Virus record (IMG/VR): IMGVR_UViG_3300029309_000030
Location: 1 to 59,587 of that record
Origin: a virus
Taxonomy: Duplodnaviria > Caudoviricetes
Reading direction: 5' to 3' (one strand)
DNA: 59,587 nt
Every line of letters begins with the position of its first letter. Position 1 is the stretch's first letter. This document shows positions 1 to 10,814 of the stretch, piece after piece. The notes beneath the pieces are model-generated. The model did not search any database and had not been told where the DNA came from. It was given only the letters and a program-made list of their open reading frames with translations. The position numbers and the translations under genes are program-made.

Positions 1-1
1 T

Positions 2-3000
2 TAATGTGAGTTGCTTTGACCTTATACCTTTCATAGCCAAAAATACAGGTATGACTCTAGTGCCGTCAGGAGTATCAAAAAATGTAGAAGACTCTATACT
101 ACTACTGTCTATGACTCGGTGTTCTGCGGTAGCGTCACCAGTTGAAGCCACAGCCGGGTTTGTTCTACTGCTATAACTGTCTTTGGCTATATCTACTAAT
201 CCCCCTATATTGTGTTCCGATATACCTCCAGTGACGCTTTCATTATGTGTCGAGGCATGAGCGTAACTCGCCTCTATAAAATCAGATTTGGTAGTAGTGT
301 TCATTCTCTTGTTCTGACTAGGGAAACCAGCAGCAACATCTAATTGTGTGCCAGAATCTGCCACTGTGTTTTTTACAACTCCTGTTTTATTGGTATCTTC
401 TTCACTAATTCTAGCAGCGGCGGGACTTGACTGAACTTGCATGTGTAAGTCTTGGAACGCAATAAATTCTCTATCACCTTTAACATCGTATAACAATATT
501 CTAACGAAATCGTCTGTGCACTGATACGGGTCCAAGTAAGCGACGACAGGTGCAGTAGTAGTCGCAGCGAACAACTCAGCGTAATTTAACTCAACTGTTT
601 TGTTGATATGTTGGACTAAATTCTTAGCCGTTTCTATACAACTGTTTCCAATTAAGAAATTTTCAATAGCCACGCTATCTCTTGGATTGCCGCTTGCACT
701 AGCCATACCGCCGTTAAACCCTGTCCATACTTCGCCTTCATTTAGTGTCCCTCGACTTTTACAAAACAAACCTTCTACTGCATAAGGATTAGTGTAATGC
801 ATGTTCATCCATACAGTATCGCCCTGTCTTAGTCCACCCACACAATAAGGATGAGACCAAGCCCTGTTGAGGAATGTTTCTTTCACCTTTGGCCAAGTGC
901 TAGCAGAAGTAGCGTGCAAATCCTCTATAGATATTTCATCACCTACTGCCGGGGTGAACCCACTATCGGGACTTACTATAGTAAGCACATTGCCTACTCT
1001 ATTATCATAGAAACCACGATTAACTGTACCGCTGGCATTTCTAAATACGACTCTGAATTTATAATCAGAGTCAGGAGAACTAATAGGAAACTGACTAGCA
1101 TCGTCTAGTGTAAGGGATGTAGCAGGACTTCCGGTCACTGCGATAACTTTTGCTCTCGGCCTTTTACTGACAATCTTGGGTAAGTGGGGGTTAGTTGTCG
1201 GACCTGCTCTGAGTTCGATGGCACTAACATATTGTCTGAGACCATAATCTACATTGCCACCTTGAGTCATCACACTAGACCTATCAAAGTAGAATGAGCG
1301 ACGATTTTCATACCCTGCGCTAATCAGACTTGGGTTGTCAGCAATACTGCTGTAATTCATATCCTGATAGCCGGGTGCGGGTGTCAGATGTGCACCTACA
1401 GTTAAGTCACGGAAGAAGTTTTCACTGGCTATGAAGTCATCACCGTGAGCGCCTACAACTTCTAAGTAATGGTCGCTGGTGTTTCTACCATCATAAATAA
1501 CCCATTCGCCATTGGGTAAGAAAGCCCTACGATATCTGGCTCCGCCAGCAATACCTGCCACATCTACGGCTGGGGCTGTCGGTATCGGGAATATGTTAGC
1601 ATTCTCAACATATATTTTATGACCGCTAGTGGTGTATGGTCTGGTAACTTTCGTGCCACTCCTGTGACTGCCAGACTGTATTGTAAAAGAAAACGGTCCA
1701 AATATTTCAGGGTCTTGAGGTGACACACTATCAACTCTTCTACCAACCGGACTAGGGTTCCATGAGTGAGCAGTATGTGTAGCGTCGATGTGTAGTTTCA
1801 TGCTGTTATCGGGACCGGGAAATATACTTTCCTCTGGATTGTCGAAAAAGAAATCTTCAAACAGCGGTATCTCTACAAGTGCCCTAGTGCTTGCATATTG
1901 ACTACCCAACTGATAATCGTGTTGAACTGTATCTAATGTTTGGAACAGTCTATCGTTGATGGTAGTTCCGTCATTGCACATTGACTCTTCACTAAACTTA
2001 TCATCAACATGTAAAACACTACCCTTAGTTATACTAGTGGAGGTAATCCAATCAGCGAGACTTGCTGCCTCGCTACCGTCTGCCAAAACAAATTTACCTG
2101 AGCCTTGGTGAGTCGCACCACTAGCAAAAGTAAACACATCACCAGATTTACTAGAATATTCTGCACTAGCAAATTGTTTTTGCTCTCCTTGATTACCAGA
2201 CAGTTCCAAGTAAATTCTACCGGTTGCAGGGAAACAGTATGTTCCCCACGATTGTAAATCAGTAGCCTTATTGTTGAGAGGCAACACTGTAACGGTAGTA
2301 GAACTAGTTGCGCTAACAACCGTTTGACAGTCTCTACGAGTATTCCAAGCAAGTCGTGTAAGAGGCGCCGGGTCCCAAGTCTCTTTTGTGTTGACTGCTC
2401 CTTGGCCGCCACCACCTAACATCATTGTGACCACTGGTGCGCCCGGCATGATTTCTTTGACAATGTGAGAATCTGGACTGGCTGAACCCTTTATATCGAC
2501 GGTTGATGATGCTATATCACTGAGTAAACCATGTGCTCTTAGTACAGAGTTATCGTCTTCACCGTCTGAAAAAGACAAAACTCTGGCCTTTGACATCAAA
2601 TGTTCTACGCTGATGTGATTTCGCATTTCGGTATCTTTTATCATTTTAGATAATTGAGCAAAACGACTTCTGTCAGTAGGTTGAATGACTAAACTAGTAA
2701 TATTGTTTCTTGACTTGTGTTCTATGATGTCAAAGTACTCGTGAACAGCAGTGCTTTGATTGGTGCTCCCTCTCCCGGCTGCTTGTGGCTCTAAGAAGAG
2801 TTCGTCTTTGTTGACCACAGCATCGCTCGTACCTGCACCTATGGTGATACTGCTACTGGTAACAGCAGTAACTGTACCCAATTGTTTACCATTCGCCTTG
2901 AAAATCACATCATCGACTGATATTATATCGCTAACAACACCTCCTGATACATTCATTGCACTAGTTGTAGACGCAGAATGGTCAGCAGCAAATGTAAGAC

Positions 3001-5569
3001 CCAACCTTTGCCTTGTCCCATTAGTAGTTTTCCTTAACTTTACATTGGCTAGTTCATCATAATCAGAAGATTTGACAAAATGATTGCGAACTAAAGTACG
3101 ATGAAAAACCGATGACCTATTTGCTAACTCAGTTTGAGACAAACTTATACCTCTTGGTGTAGTTTGTGGCGAGTCTGTACCAACTGATGGTAAATAGTTA
3201 GCCGGGCACAAACTAAGGTCAAGTTGGTTTTCACCTACCAAACCTTCTGCATCGTCGCCTTCTAATTGGCCGTCATCGAATGGAAACAAATTAGGAGTTT
3301 TGAAGGTCAACAGACCACCGGGTGAAACAACAGTTAGTGGTTTAGTGTTAGCGGATGTCCTTATCAAGTCTAATATGCTAGTTGTTCCGGTTAGGATTGT
3401 GCTTACATCAGGTAAAGTTTTGCTAACAAGCAACTTAGGCGTTTGGTCTGATAACTTTACAATTGCATTTGATATAGCAGCGCTGTTAAAATTACTATTA
3501 TTAGGAGTAGCAGAAAACACTATTGTCTTCGCAGAATGACTTATGGTAGCGGTTTGATTAGTATAAGAAGTAAATGGAGTATGACCGTCTATTGATATTC
3601 TACTAGCAGGTATTGTAGCGTTATCTACATCAAAGCCTTTTACACTTTGAAGCGTTAATGTAGCAGTAGATATATTCGCTGTCAATCGAGATGTTGCTCT
3701 TACATTGAAGTGTTCTCCTGTTCTGTCTATAGCATTGTAGTGAATCTGAATGAACGGTGCATAATTATAAGTGCTCAACTCAGGTAAGATTAATGTTGCT
3801 ATCCTATTTTGGTTAGAGGGTATCAGTGCTTTGATATCGTTACTAGCATCGGTAGAAGATATAGACTTCAGCAAAAAAGGCTCAGTATCAAACTGTGGTC
3901 CACCTATCGCTAATAGGCCCCTTTGCGAATCATCAATATCAGCCATACCGTTTTCTACAAAGATAGAAGCAACGGATGAATAAACTAAGTCGTTTACTGG
4001 TATAGTACCGTGAGTATCAAAACTCGATATTATGCTATTTGCAGGAACCAAATCTTTGACATTAGCAAACTGAGGCATAAATGTAGCACTGACTATATCA
4101 CTACCAGCATCCAATTTTTTCTCTACATTATGCGACTCTGGAGGCGGTAATAAACCCATAAATGGGTGACTGATAACATGATTTAGTATATGCCTGCCAC
4201 AATGCCCTATCAAAAAATCTGTTCCCATATTTGTGGTAGTTGCAGAAAACTGATTATATTCATGTGAATCTATTGCCATACTCATAGAGAATACTATACC
4301 ATGGTTCTCAAAATCACTCTCGTCTATAACTACTTGACCTTGGCGTTGAGAAAATTGTGTGCCGCTGCCTTGTGGCTGAAACACATTACCGTTACCAGCG
4401 TCTACAATGCAATCTCCGGTAATGACAACAAACTCACCAGCATCGTGAGCCATTAGTAACCCTCTTCGACCATTACTAGTCGCACCAAAATCAAGATGGA
4501 TAGACTCTACTACTATAGCCCCGGTGCTACCATTTATAGAAATCAATCTGACTCTTTCAGGGGCCTTATTGGTAGGTTTACCCGTCTTTATATTATAGCC
4601 CAAAGGATTTATCAATAGGTTGTAAGGTACTTTTGGAATGGATATGTCACTAGTAGAAGTCGCTGCATATTTCTTAACGATGTAATTCCCAGAACTCCAA
4701 GGAGTAGTAGTAAAGTCTACAGAAGCCAATCCAATTTGACCAGTTAATTCTTGAATCAAAGACTGTGCAGATGCAGTGTTTATTGTAAAAGTGGACGATG
4801 CCGATGTACTTGCCGTTAGTGAGGGAGTTATTACTCTAGTAGATATTGGGTTAATTGGCTCTTCAAACCTCCATAGACCTATCGTGTTATCGCCTTTGAC
4901 AGCGGTAAACTGCTGCCTACCAGATGTAAGCGCACTGGACGACAAATGTATGGTTTCAAGTGTGCCTCTAAAGTCACCGCCTCTGCCACCCAAAAACATC
5001 TGACTTTGTTGAGGTACTAACTCGTGCTCTTCTTCTAGCACTTGTTCAACAAGTAAATCACCATTGACATGCATACTAAGTATTCTTCTATCAAATGTTA
5101 CAGTTACATTTAGTAATTCTCTTGTGCCCTCTGCAAAAGCAGTGACATCGTTACTGTCGACATCTGAACCTAAGTTTGCAGAGTTGATAGTAGAATTATT
5201 AGTTGGGAAAAGAATACCATCCCAATAAGCAAGTAATCCGTTTGCCTTGTTTATGGCTTTAGCACTACTCAAAGTAAACACATTGTCTTTCCCGTTGCTT
5301 TTATTTCTTAATCTAATTTCAAAGAAAGCAGGTGCTGCACTGCTCGGTGACCCTACAGTCAGCCTCATGACATTGTCTTGCTCAAATATAGTTCCTCCAG
5401 AATCCGGTATAAACCATGTCTCTAAAGTAAAGGAACTCATGGAAGTCGGCAGCCTCTTTCTTTCTTTATCTTGTATACCGTGTAAATTATTGTGGTCAGT
5501 TGGCACCAATACGCTATCGCTGATACCATTGAATTTCAATCCATATCCGGCGTCTATTAGTAAACTCAT
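2..5569 (-). CDS. Giant tail/baseplate or receptor-binding protein with N-terminal LamG/concanavalin-like domain (>1850 aa, runs off window start)
   Basis: Missing from the ORF track, consistent with no stop before the edge. Manual translation from ATG 5569 gives MSLLIDAGYGLKFNGISDSVLVP...FTLETWFIP...VTFDRRILSMHVNG...FLGGRGGDFRGTLETIHLS (LamG-like). The same frame is open at spot checks near 3.0 kb and at the window start; not every codon was checked. Confidence 0.75.
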   Translation of the reverse strand, partial: MSLLIDAGYGLKFNGISDSVLVPTDHNNLHGIQDKERKRLPTSMSSFTLETWFIPDSGGTIFEQDNVMRLTVGSPSSAAPAFFEIRLRNKSNGKDNVFTLSSAKAINKANGLLAYWDGILFPTNNSTINSANLGSDVDSNDVTAFAEGTRELLNVTVTFDRRILSMHVNGDLLVEQVLEEEHELVPQQSQMFLGGRGGDFRGTLETIHLSSSALTSGRQQFTAVKGDNTIGLWRFEEPINPISTRVITPSLTASTSASSTFTINTASAQSLIQELTGQIGLASVDFTTTPWSSGNYIVKKYAATSTSDISIPKVPYNLLINPLGYNIKTGKPTNKAPERVRLISINGSTGAIVVESIHLDFGATSNGRRGLLMAHDAGEFVVITGDCIVDAGNGNVFQPQGSGTQFSQRQGQVVIDESDFENHGIVFSMSMAIDSHEYNQFSATTTNMGTDFLIGHCGRHILNHVISHPFMGLLPPPESHNVEKKLDAGSDIVSATFMPQFANVKDLVPANSIISSFDTHGTIPVNDLVYSSVASIFVENGMADIDDSQRGLLAIGGPQFDTEPFLLKSISSTDASNDIKALIPSNQNRIATLILPELSTYNYAPFIQIHYNAIDRTGEHFNVRATSRLTANISTATLTLQSVKGFDVDNATIPASRISIDGHTPFTSYTNQTATISHSAKTIVFSATPNNSNFNSAAISNAIVKLSDQTPKLLVSKTLPDVSTILTGTTSILDLIRTSANTKPLTVVSPGGLLTFKTPNLFPFDDGQLEGDDAEGLVGENQLDLSLCPANYLPSVGTDSPQTTPRGISLSQTELANRSSVFHRTLVRNHFVKSSDYDELANVKLRKTTNGTRQRLGLTFAADHSASTTSAMNVSGGVVSDIISVDDVIFKANGKQLGTVTAVTSSSITIGAGTSDAVVNKDELFLEPQAAGRGSTNQSTAVHEYFDIIEHKSRNNITSLVIQPTDRSRFAQLSKMIKDTEMRNHISVEHLMSKARVLSFSDGEDDNSVLRAHGLLSDIASSTVDIKGSASPDSHIVKEIMPGAPVVTMMLGGGGQGAVNTKETWDPAPLTRLAWNTRRDCQTVVSATSSTTVTVLPLNNKATDLQSWGTYCFPATGRIYLELSGNQGEQKQFASAEYSSKSGDVFTFASGATHQGSGKFVLADGSEAASLADWITSTSITKGSVLHVDDKFSEESMCNDGTTINDRLFQTLDTVQHDYQLGSQYASTRALVEIPLFEDFFFDNPEESIFPGPDNSMKLHIDATHTAHSWNPSPVGRRVDSVSPQDPEIFGPFSFTIQSGSHRSGTKVTRPYTTSGHKIYVENANIFPIPTAPAVDVAGIAGGARYRRAFLPNGEWVIYDGRNTSDHYLEVVGAHGDDFIASENFFRDLTVGAHLTPAPGYQDMNYSSIADNPSLISAGYENRRSFYFDRSSVMTQGGNVDYGLRQYVSAIELRAGPTTNPHLPKIVSKRPRAKVIAVTGSPATSLTLDDASQFPISSPDSDYKFRVVFRNASGTVNRGFYDNRVGNVLTIVSPDSGFTPAVGDEISIEDLHATSASTWPKVKETFLNRAWSHPYCVGGLRQGDTVWMNMHYTNPYAVEGLFCKSRGTLNEGEVWTGFNGGMASASGNPRDSVAIENFLIGNSCIETAKNLVQHINKTVELNYAELFAATTTAPVVAYLDPYQCTDDFVRILLYDVKGDREFIAFQDLHMQVQSSPAAARISEEDTNKTGVVKNTVADSGTQLDVAAGFPSQNKRMNTTTKSDFIEASYAHASTHNESVTGGISEHNIGGLVDIAKDSYSSRTNPAVASTGDATAEHRVIDSSSIESSTFFDTPDGTRVIPVFLAMKGIRSKQLTL

Positions 5570-5570
5570 A

Positions 5571-7589
5571 TTACACACCTATTACAAAGTCCGATGCTGA
5601 CAATAGCAAATTGTAAGCGTAGTAGTTGTTCCCAGCATCATAACGCACATGAAGTTTCTCCGGTATTATCCTAATACCGCCTTCATTTGCACTAGAAAGA
5701 TTAGTTTGCAGAGTCAGCCATATTGCATCCTTGCCTATACCGACCAAAAAGCCAAATAGAGATTCTATCTCATTAGGAGTAATTGCTTTTAATTTTCTTT
5801 CAAACCAACTGTCTGGACTGTCGTCTGTTTGAAACCCTGTCATGTTCAAAAGTAAATTGTCCATTTTTTGAGAAGCAGGGCGATTGTTACTCGCTGAGCC
5901 TTTGTCCAATACGGGCACTTCACCAAAAGTCAAAAAGAAATTGCGGGCTACTCCAGTTACTCCAGAACTTTGTATCAAACTGTCATAAGGTATCTGTATA
6001 CCTCTCAGCAAATCTACTGTTCGGTCTGAATTAGAAACCAAACCTATCAAATCTTGCGCCTTATCGCCTGCTGACTTTCTTGACTCTACAGGGGTATTCC
6101 CCGAACTTTGAAATTCTTGTTCGTCAAACAGCGCTTTCAAGTCAGCGCTTATTATAGAAGGATGTAATATTGGTTCTGGCGGGTTGTGAACTTGTTCAAA
6201 AGTCAATATAGTTCCGTTTTGGATTACTCTAAATGCGTCACTTAACTTTCGACCTGCGCCAAGAGTGTTGTTAGGTTTTTTCAAAAATCCAGTATAAAGT
6301 GAACTAGTTACAATTGCATCGCCGTTTAACTCAAATGCTGCCTTCACTCTGTTAGCCATTTCTAAAGCAGGATTGTCAACTGTATGTATGTCTTGGATTG
6401 GTAAATTGATTACAGCGTCATATTTCGCTGCATCAAGAGCGTTACCTACTCTCCCCTGAAATGCTTTAAGCGCTATAGTCGGAGCATTTGTATAAGGGCT
6501 TCCTATATCAAATTGTATTCTGACTCCTATTCTTGGGACTGAACTGGACATGGTAGATGTAGAAAAACTAGTAAGATTACTATCCATCGAACTGTCGTGA
6601 GTAACGATAGACTGGGCGTTAACTTTGTCAGGATTAGAAAGCCAAAAACTTGGAATTAGTTTTATAGCCTGACCATCAAACCGATTTGCTAATATTTGAT
6701 TACTCAAGTCTACTTGTAACAAGGAATTGCCTAATATTATAGATTCATTATTAGAATAAAGTTTTATTGTGTAAATTGCTTTGTCACCGTCTGCTACACT
6801 TGGGTCATCTACAATAAATTGTATATGTCCCACAAAATCTCCAATATGATTAAACAATTGTGTGGCTATGTGTATTTGTTTATTAGCCGGTAAACTGTTA
6901 GATAAGTTTCCGGTGCAAGTAATAGTATTGCCAGAAACAGATTGAACAATGCCTATCTCAGTGCCATCTTCTTGTACTAATTTATCTCCCACTTCAAATA
7001 TCTGTTCAGCAGTCAAAGTTGCACCAAAGCCAGTGTAAGAAACTGTAAATACACTGACACTGGTGGAAAAAAGAGCAGTTGATTTGAACATCATGTCCGG
7101 GTTAATTCCAAGTTGCGCTGTATGCGTGCTAGCAAATTCAATTGTAGTGCCGGGTAAAGCCGTAACAATTATACTGTCAGTCTGCCCTTTATTGTGTGCG
7201 TTTACAGAAGAAAATTGATGCATGCCAAGACCTTTGGCGTTATATCTGTTATGAGAAGAAGTAAACGGAACACCAGTATGCCTACCACCAATTACCGGTG
7301 ACCTACGATTATTAGTAGGGAAAAACGCACCAAAATTAATTGCGTTTCTCATGGGCTCTGCCTCAAATATACCGTCAGAATTAGCGCTCACTCCTTCGTC
7401 ATCAACGAATATACCATTTACTTCTATCTGTATTTGAGGAGTGTTAGTGTCTATTGCGAATCGCTTGAGCATGTTGTCTGGAGTAGGAAAAGCACTGGCT
7501 TTCCTATCAACTGACATGTCTATACTTTGAGCAACCAAATCAATCTGGTCTTTGCCGTTAGCAAGTAATAGTCTGATTGGTATCGCCAT
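5571..7589 (-). CDS. Distal tail/baseplate hub-like protein, paralog of the adjacent upstream gene
   Basis: 672 aa. Shares N-terminal (IRL...SID..V.R) and C-terminal (KS.GDK.QD.IG, RGIQIPY.SL, RNFFLT) blocks with 7599-10133. AGGTGA RBS upstream; located in the tail module. Confidence 0.55.
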   Translation of the reverse strand: MAIPIRLLLANGKDQIDLVAQSIDMSVDRKASAFPTPDNMLKRFAIDTNTPQIQIEVNGIFVDDEGVSANSDGIFEAEPMRNAINFGAFFPTNNRRSPVIGGRHTGVPFTSSHNRYNAKGLGMHQFSSVNAHNKGQTDSIIVTALPGTTIEFASTHTAQLGINPDMMFKSTALFSTSVSVFTVSYTGFGATLTAEQIFEVGDKLVQEDGTEIGIVQSVSGNTITCTGNLSNSLPANKQIHIATQLFNHIGDFVGHIQFIVDDPSVADGDKAIYTIKLYSNNESIILGNSLLQVDLSNQILANRFDGQAIKLIPSFWLSNPDKVNAQSIVTHDSSMDSNLTSFSTSTMSSSVPRIGVRIQFDIGSPYTNAPTIALKAFQGRVGNALDAAKYDAVINLPIQDIHTVDNPALEMANRVKAAFELNGDAIVTSSLYTGFLKKPNNTLGAGRKLSDAFRVIQNGTILTFEQVHNPPEPILHPSIISADLKALFDEQEFQSSGNTPVESRKSAGDKAQDLIGLVSNSDRTVDLLRGIQIPYDSLIQSSGVTGVARNFFLTFGEVPVLDKGSASNNRPASQKMDNLLLNMTGFQTDDSPDSWFERKLKAITPNEIESLFGFLVGIGKDAIWLTLQTNLSSANEGGIRIIPEKLHVRYDAGNNYYAYNLLLSASDFVIGV

Positions 7590-7598
7590 TTACTCACC

Positions 7599-10133
7599 TC
7601 ACAATATTATATCAGCCGCTATGAATTTCAAACTAAAATCATAGGCTTTCATTTCCGCTTCTCGATGGACATTGAAATCTGTGACTATACCGCTTATGCC
7701 ATTTTTGAAATGACCTTCTGCTGTATGAGAAAACAAGCGAGATGCGTGTACACTGTTTATTGATGACAACTTGTCACTAGTGTTACCCTCAGTAGTCAAG
7801 AAAAAGTTTCTTTGTGCTACTTCTGAATCGAGATTAGACTTACCTTTTGTAGCCAGCGAGTTATAGGGTATCTGTATACCTCTGATATAATCACCCTGTG
7901 CTTCTGGCGTGTTGTAAATGGTATCTTGGACAAAACCGCTTGCTACATCTATTACCTTAGCAATTCTGTTACTAGGCTGGAAGTTTAAAAAGTTATTACT
8001 GTTAGCCAATATACCGATTATATCTTGTGTTTTGTCACCGCCGCTTTTTACTTTCTTACCAGATTTACCGCCGGAAAAACCTTCGATTACAGGCGCTTGC
8101 CCTACTCCTAAGTTAGTGTTTATTGTATCTGCTAACAACCCTAAAGATGTTTCATGGCTTTGGGTAACTGTCAATCTCGAATTGTGACCACTGGAAGATT
8201 GACTAATGGATGTCGTGAACGCTTTGTCAAGAGTTAAATTACCAACCGCATTAACCGCTTTACCTAAAGTAATGTAGTCGCTAGTTATTGCTTTAGAAAA
8301 CAAATAAGCAATATATTCATCAGTTCTATCTAACCCTCCACCTGTATCTCTGGCAGCACCATTTTGGTGTGCGGGAAACTCAGGACCGACTGCTTTGTTG
8401 GGCAGAGCACTTTCCTCGAATGTGTCAGCGTTTTTGACAGGTATAATCAAAACCGGAGACAAATCGTTACCGTTTAAACCAGACGCATCACCGTAATCGA
8501 AAGGCTCTATCCAAACTTGGTCTCCAGTAGCATGAGTCGCACTACCTTGAGACAAATTGACAGTTATTTGATTAGAAGTAACAGCAGTGACTGTTCCAAA
8601 ATATTCTTGACCGCCGCTGGTTTTACGATAACTTGCAGCGTTGTCGCTTTCCTTGAATACTATTCTCATGTTTCTATTGTTTTCTGTAAGTTCAAACCAT
8701 TCTCTTGGGTCTCCACCAGTAACAGGTAAGACAGCGGCACCCGATGATATAGAACCTAACACCATGTTAGTCTTTCTTCTTTGATTGAGAAAACCATGTG
8801 GCTCTTGAACCGAGCCGACTAACTCTTTGTCGAACCCTACCCTCAAGTGCTTATGGTCGTAAGAGTATTGTGCTAACCCTTCGTATTTACCTTCTAGTAA
8901 ATGTAATCCGTATTTCCTAGCAAGATAACCTTCAATTTGATTTCTTTCGTCTGTAGTAATTACCCTGTTGTAAATCAGGACTTCTTGAACAGCCCCATCT
9001 AAACTAGTGGTAGTATCATGACCTATATGCAATACACCGCTAGTAGCGGGCGTGTAATCTACACCTGATGTTTTACTACCAACTTCTTCGCCACGAGAAT
9101 ATATTTTGACTGTATCTGCTTCTGCGTTAGCGTCGGTATCATCCATTGTATAACATATTAGTTGAGTGCTAAAACTTCTGCTGCTACCGGTACTAGACGC
9201 CTGTGTATCAGCGACACCAGATTCGTCCCAGCCAGCCACAACTCTTGTGTTACCTTGGTCGAAGGATAATGAATAACCACCCGTAGCGGATTTTAAAATA
9301 GGTTTTACACCTGTAGAGAAGTTTCTCGCAATGACAAATATAGAAAATTCTTCGGAGTTTAGAAATGCACTGTAAGGTATGTCTAGTCTATCAGAGCCGT
9401 TGAATACTACTTCGGCCAACCCTCCAGTAGATGCAATTCTATGAAACGGCCTTAGACCAGCAATAGACTGAGTAGCATGTCTACCGTTACCACTAGCATC
9501 GTTCCATGTTTCTACAGATGTGTTCGGATTGCCGATTATGTTTTCAGGCTTAAGCCACAACTGTAAGCCAGCCTTGACAGGGTTGTCTAACAAAGTGGCT
9601 TGCTCTACCCAATAACCTATAGGTAAGTCGATGTATCTCTTGCTCCAATGTTGAAGTATACGATTACCTAAGTCAGAACTGCTTGTGGGATGGCCGCCCA
9701 AACCTCCGCCGAAGCCACCACCGAAACCGCCAGAAAAACCACCTCCGCTACCTAAACCAGTGCTACCTATGGCAGATACTCCCATAGCACCTTGAGTGTT
9801 AAAAGCAGACGGTATTGAACCACCTGTCATGCCTCCGCCACCTCCGCTGTCGGGTCTGGGTGTAAACAATTGCTGAGGTTGGTAGAAGTCAAAAAACGCA
9901 ACGGCGCTACTAGTTTCTTCTTGACCGGTGTCATCAGCAAATACGCCCTGTATCTCTATAGCAACCGCTGCTTGGTTCAAGTCTATACCTAACTTTTTGG
10001 CGTCGAAAAAGGGTATACCGAAATTACTAATCTGCCGTTCAACGACTATGTCAATACTGGTAGCATCGAGAGAGATAGTTTCGCCGTTTTCTTGAACTAA
10101 GCGAACTGGCATTCTCTCTCCAGCGTCTACCAA
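7599..10133 (-). CDS. Distal tail/baseplate protein with inserted LamG-like domain and Gly-rich linker
   Basis: Central LQLWLKP...WNDASGNGRHATQ...FNGSDRL...IGHD...DGAVQEVLIYNRVITTDERNQIEGYLARKYG is typical of LamG-like virion domains. Start probably TTG 10133 (or ATG 10112) rather than the track start at 10178. Confidence 0.6.
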   Translation of the reverse strand: MVDAGERMPVRLVQENGETISLDATSIDIVVERQISNFGIPFFDAKKLGIDLNQAAVAIEIQGVFADDTGQEETSSAVAFFDFYQPQQLFTPRPDSGGGGGMTGGSIPSAFNTQGAMGVSAIGSTGLGSGGGFSGGFGGGFGGGLGGHPTSSSDLGNRILQHWSKRYIDLPIGYWVEQATLLDNPVKAGLQLWLKPENIIGNPNTSVETWNDASGNGRHATQSIAGLRPFHRIASTGGLAEVVFNGSDRLDIPYSAFLNSEEFSIFVIARNFSTGVKPILKSATGGYSLSFDQGNTRVVAGWDESGVADTQASSTGSSRSFSTQLICYTMDDTDANAEADTVKIYSRGEEVGSKTSGVDYTPATSGVLHIGHDTTTSLDGAVQEVLIYNRVITTDERNQIEGYLARKYGLHLLEGKYEGLAQYSYDHKHLRVGFDKELVGSVQEPHGFLNQRRKTNMVLGSISSGAAVLPVTGGDPREWFELTENNRNMRIVFKESDNAASYRKTSGGQEYFGTVTAVTSNQITVNLSQGSATHATGDQVWIEPFDYGDASGLNGNDLSPVLIIPVKNADTFEESALPNKAVGPEFPAHQNGAARDTGGGLDRTDEYIAYLFSKAITSDYITLGKAVNAVGNLTLDKAFTTSISQSSSGHNSRLTVTQSHETSLGLLADTINTNLGVGQAPVIEGFSGGKSGKKVKSGGDKTQDIIGILANSNNFLNFQPSNRIAKVIDVASGFVQDTIYNTPEAQGDYIRGIQIPYNSLATKGKSNLDSEVAQRNFFLTTEGNTSDKLSSINSVHASRLFSHTAEGHFKNGISGIVTDFNVHREAEMKAYDFSLKFIAADIIL

Positions 10134-10134
10134 C

Positions 10135-10545
10135 TTAACCACTCCTGTTGAAACCACTTTGTGTAAGAGAGCCGCCAATCTTTGATTTCAATTCTTTACT
10201 AACCATAGCACTTACTTCTTTGGCTAATGTGCGCTTATCGGTTTTATCGGTAACTCCACTGACATCTATTTTTAGATTGACGGTAACATTAGTTTCTTGG
10301 CTTACACCACCGCCAGCAACAGCGGAGCCACCGTCACCCATGCCTTGTTGCATAGGTTCTGTTCTGCTCATATCTTTGAGTGATTTAGTTAAGTCGATGG
10401 TATTAGTTTTGGTCATAGCCATTGATTTAGTAAACTTGTCCATTTGTTGCTGCAACTCTTGCATGTGTTCTTTGGCCTCTTTGCTATACTCGCTAAAATT
10501 TTTCATCGACTCTACTGTCTTAGGGTCTATATTATCGTCTACCAT
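10135..10545 (-). CDS. Very short tape-measure-like protein (136 aa)
   Basis: Occupies the TMP slot between tail chaperones and distal-tail genes. Helical N-half, and a C-terminal NVTVNLKIDVSG...LAKEVSAMV segment resembling TMP C-termini. Confidence 0.4.
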   Translation of the reverse strand: MVDDNIDPKTVESMKNFSEYSKEAKEHMQELQQQMDKFTKSMAMTKTNTIDLTKSLKDMSRTEPMQQGMGDGGSAVAGGGVSQETNVTVNLKIDVSGVTDKTDKRTLAKEVSAMVSKELKSKIGGSLTQSGFNRSG

Positions 10546-10814
10546 TCATCTTCCCCCATGATACCCACTAAGTCATAGCCCAAATAAACTGCGTTTTCAG
10601 CAACCTGCTCTTCACCTTGCATGGCTTGTGCCCAATAAAGAAGTTGCTTAGCATCGTCTATGTCCAACTCTCTCACATCCTTTAGATTCATACCGTAGTG
10701 CGTCATTAGTAAATATTCCATTGCTTGTTTTTGGTAGCGAAGTCGGTCACTCACTGGTCTCCCGTTGATGAAGAACTTGATTTGTCCGACTTCGCTGGCC
10801 GAAAAACTAACCAT
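10539..10814 (-). CDS. Tail assembly chaperone, gpT-like portion (possible -1 frameshift extension of upstream ORF)
   Basis: Overlaps 10751-11086 in the -1 frame. EYLLMTHYGMNLKDVRELDIDD resembles the short helical gpT-type segments. Confidence 0.5.
   Translation of the reverse strand: MVSFSASEVGQIKFFINGRPVSDRLRYQKQAMEYLLMTHYGMNLKDVRELDIDDAKQLLYWAQAMQGEEQVAENAVYLGYDLVGIMGEDEW

Noticed and set aside
9690-9850. GGC/GGT-rich repeat stretch
   Set aside because: Simply encodes a Gly-rich linker in the tail protein.
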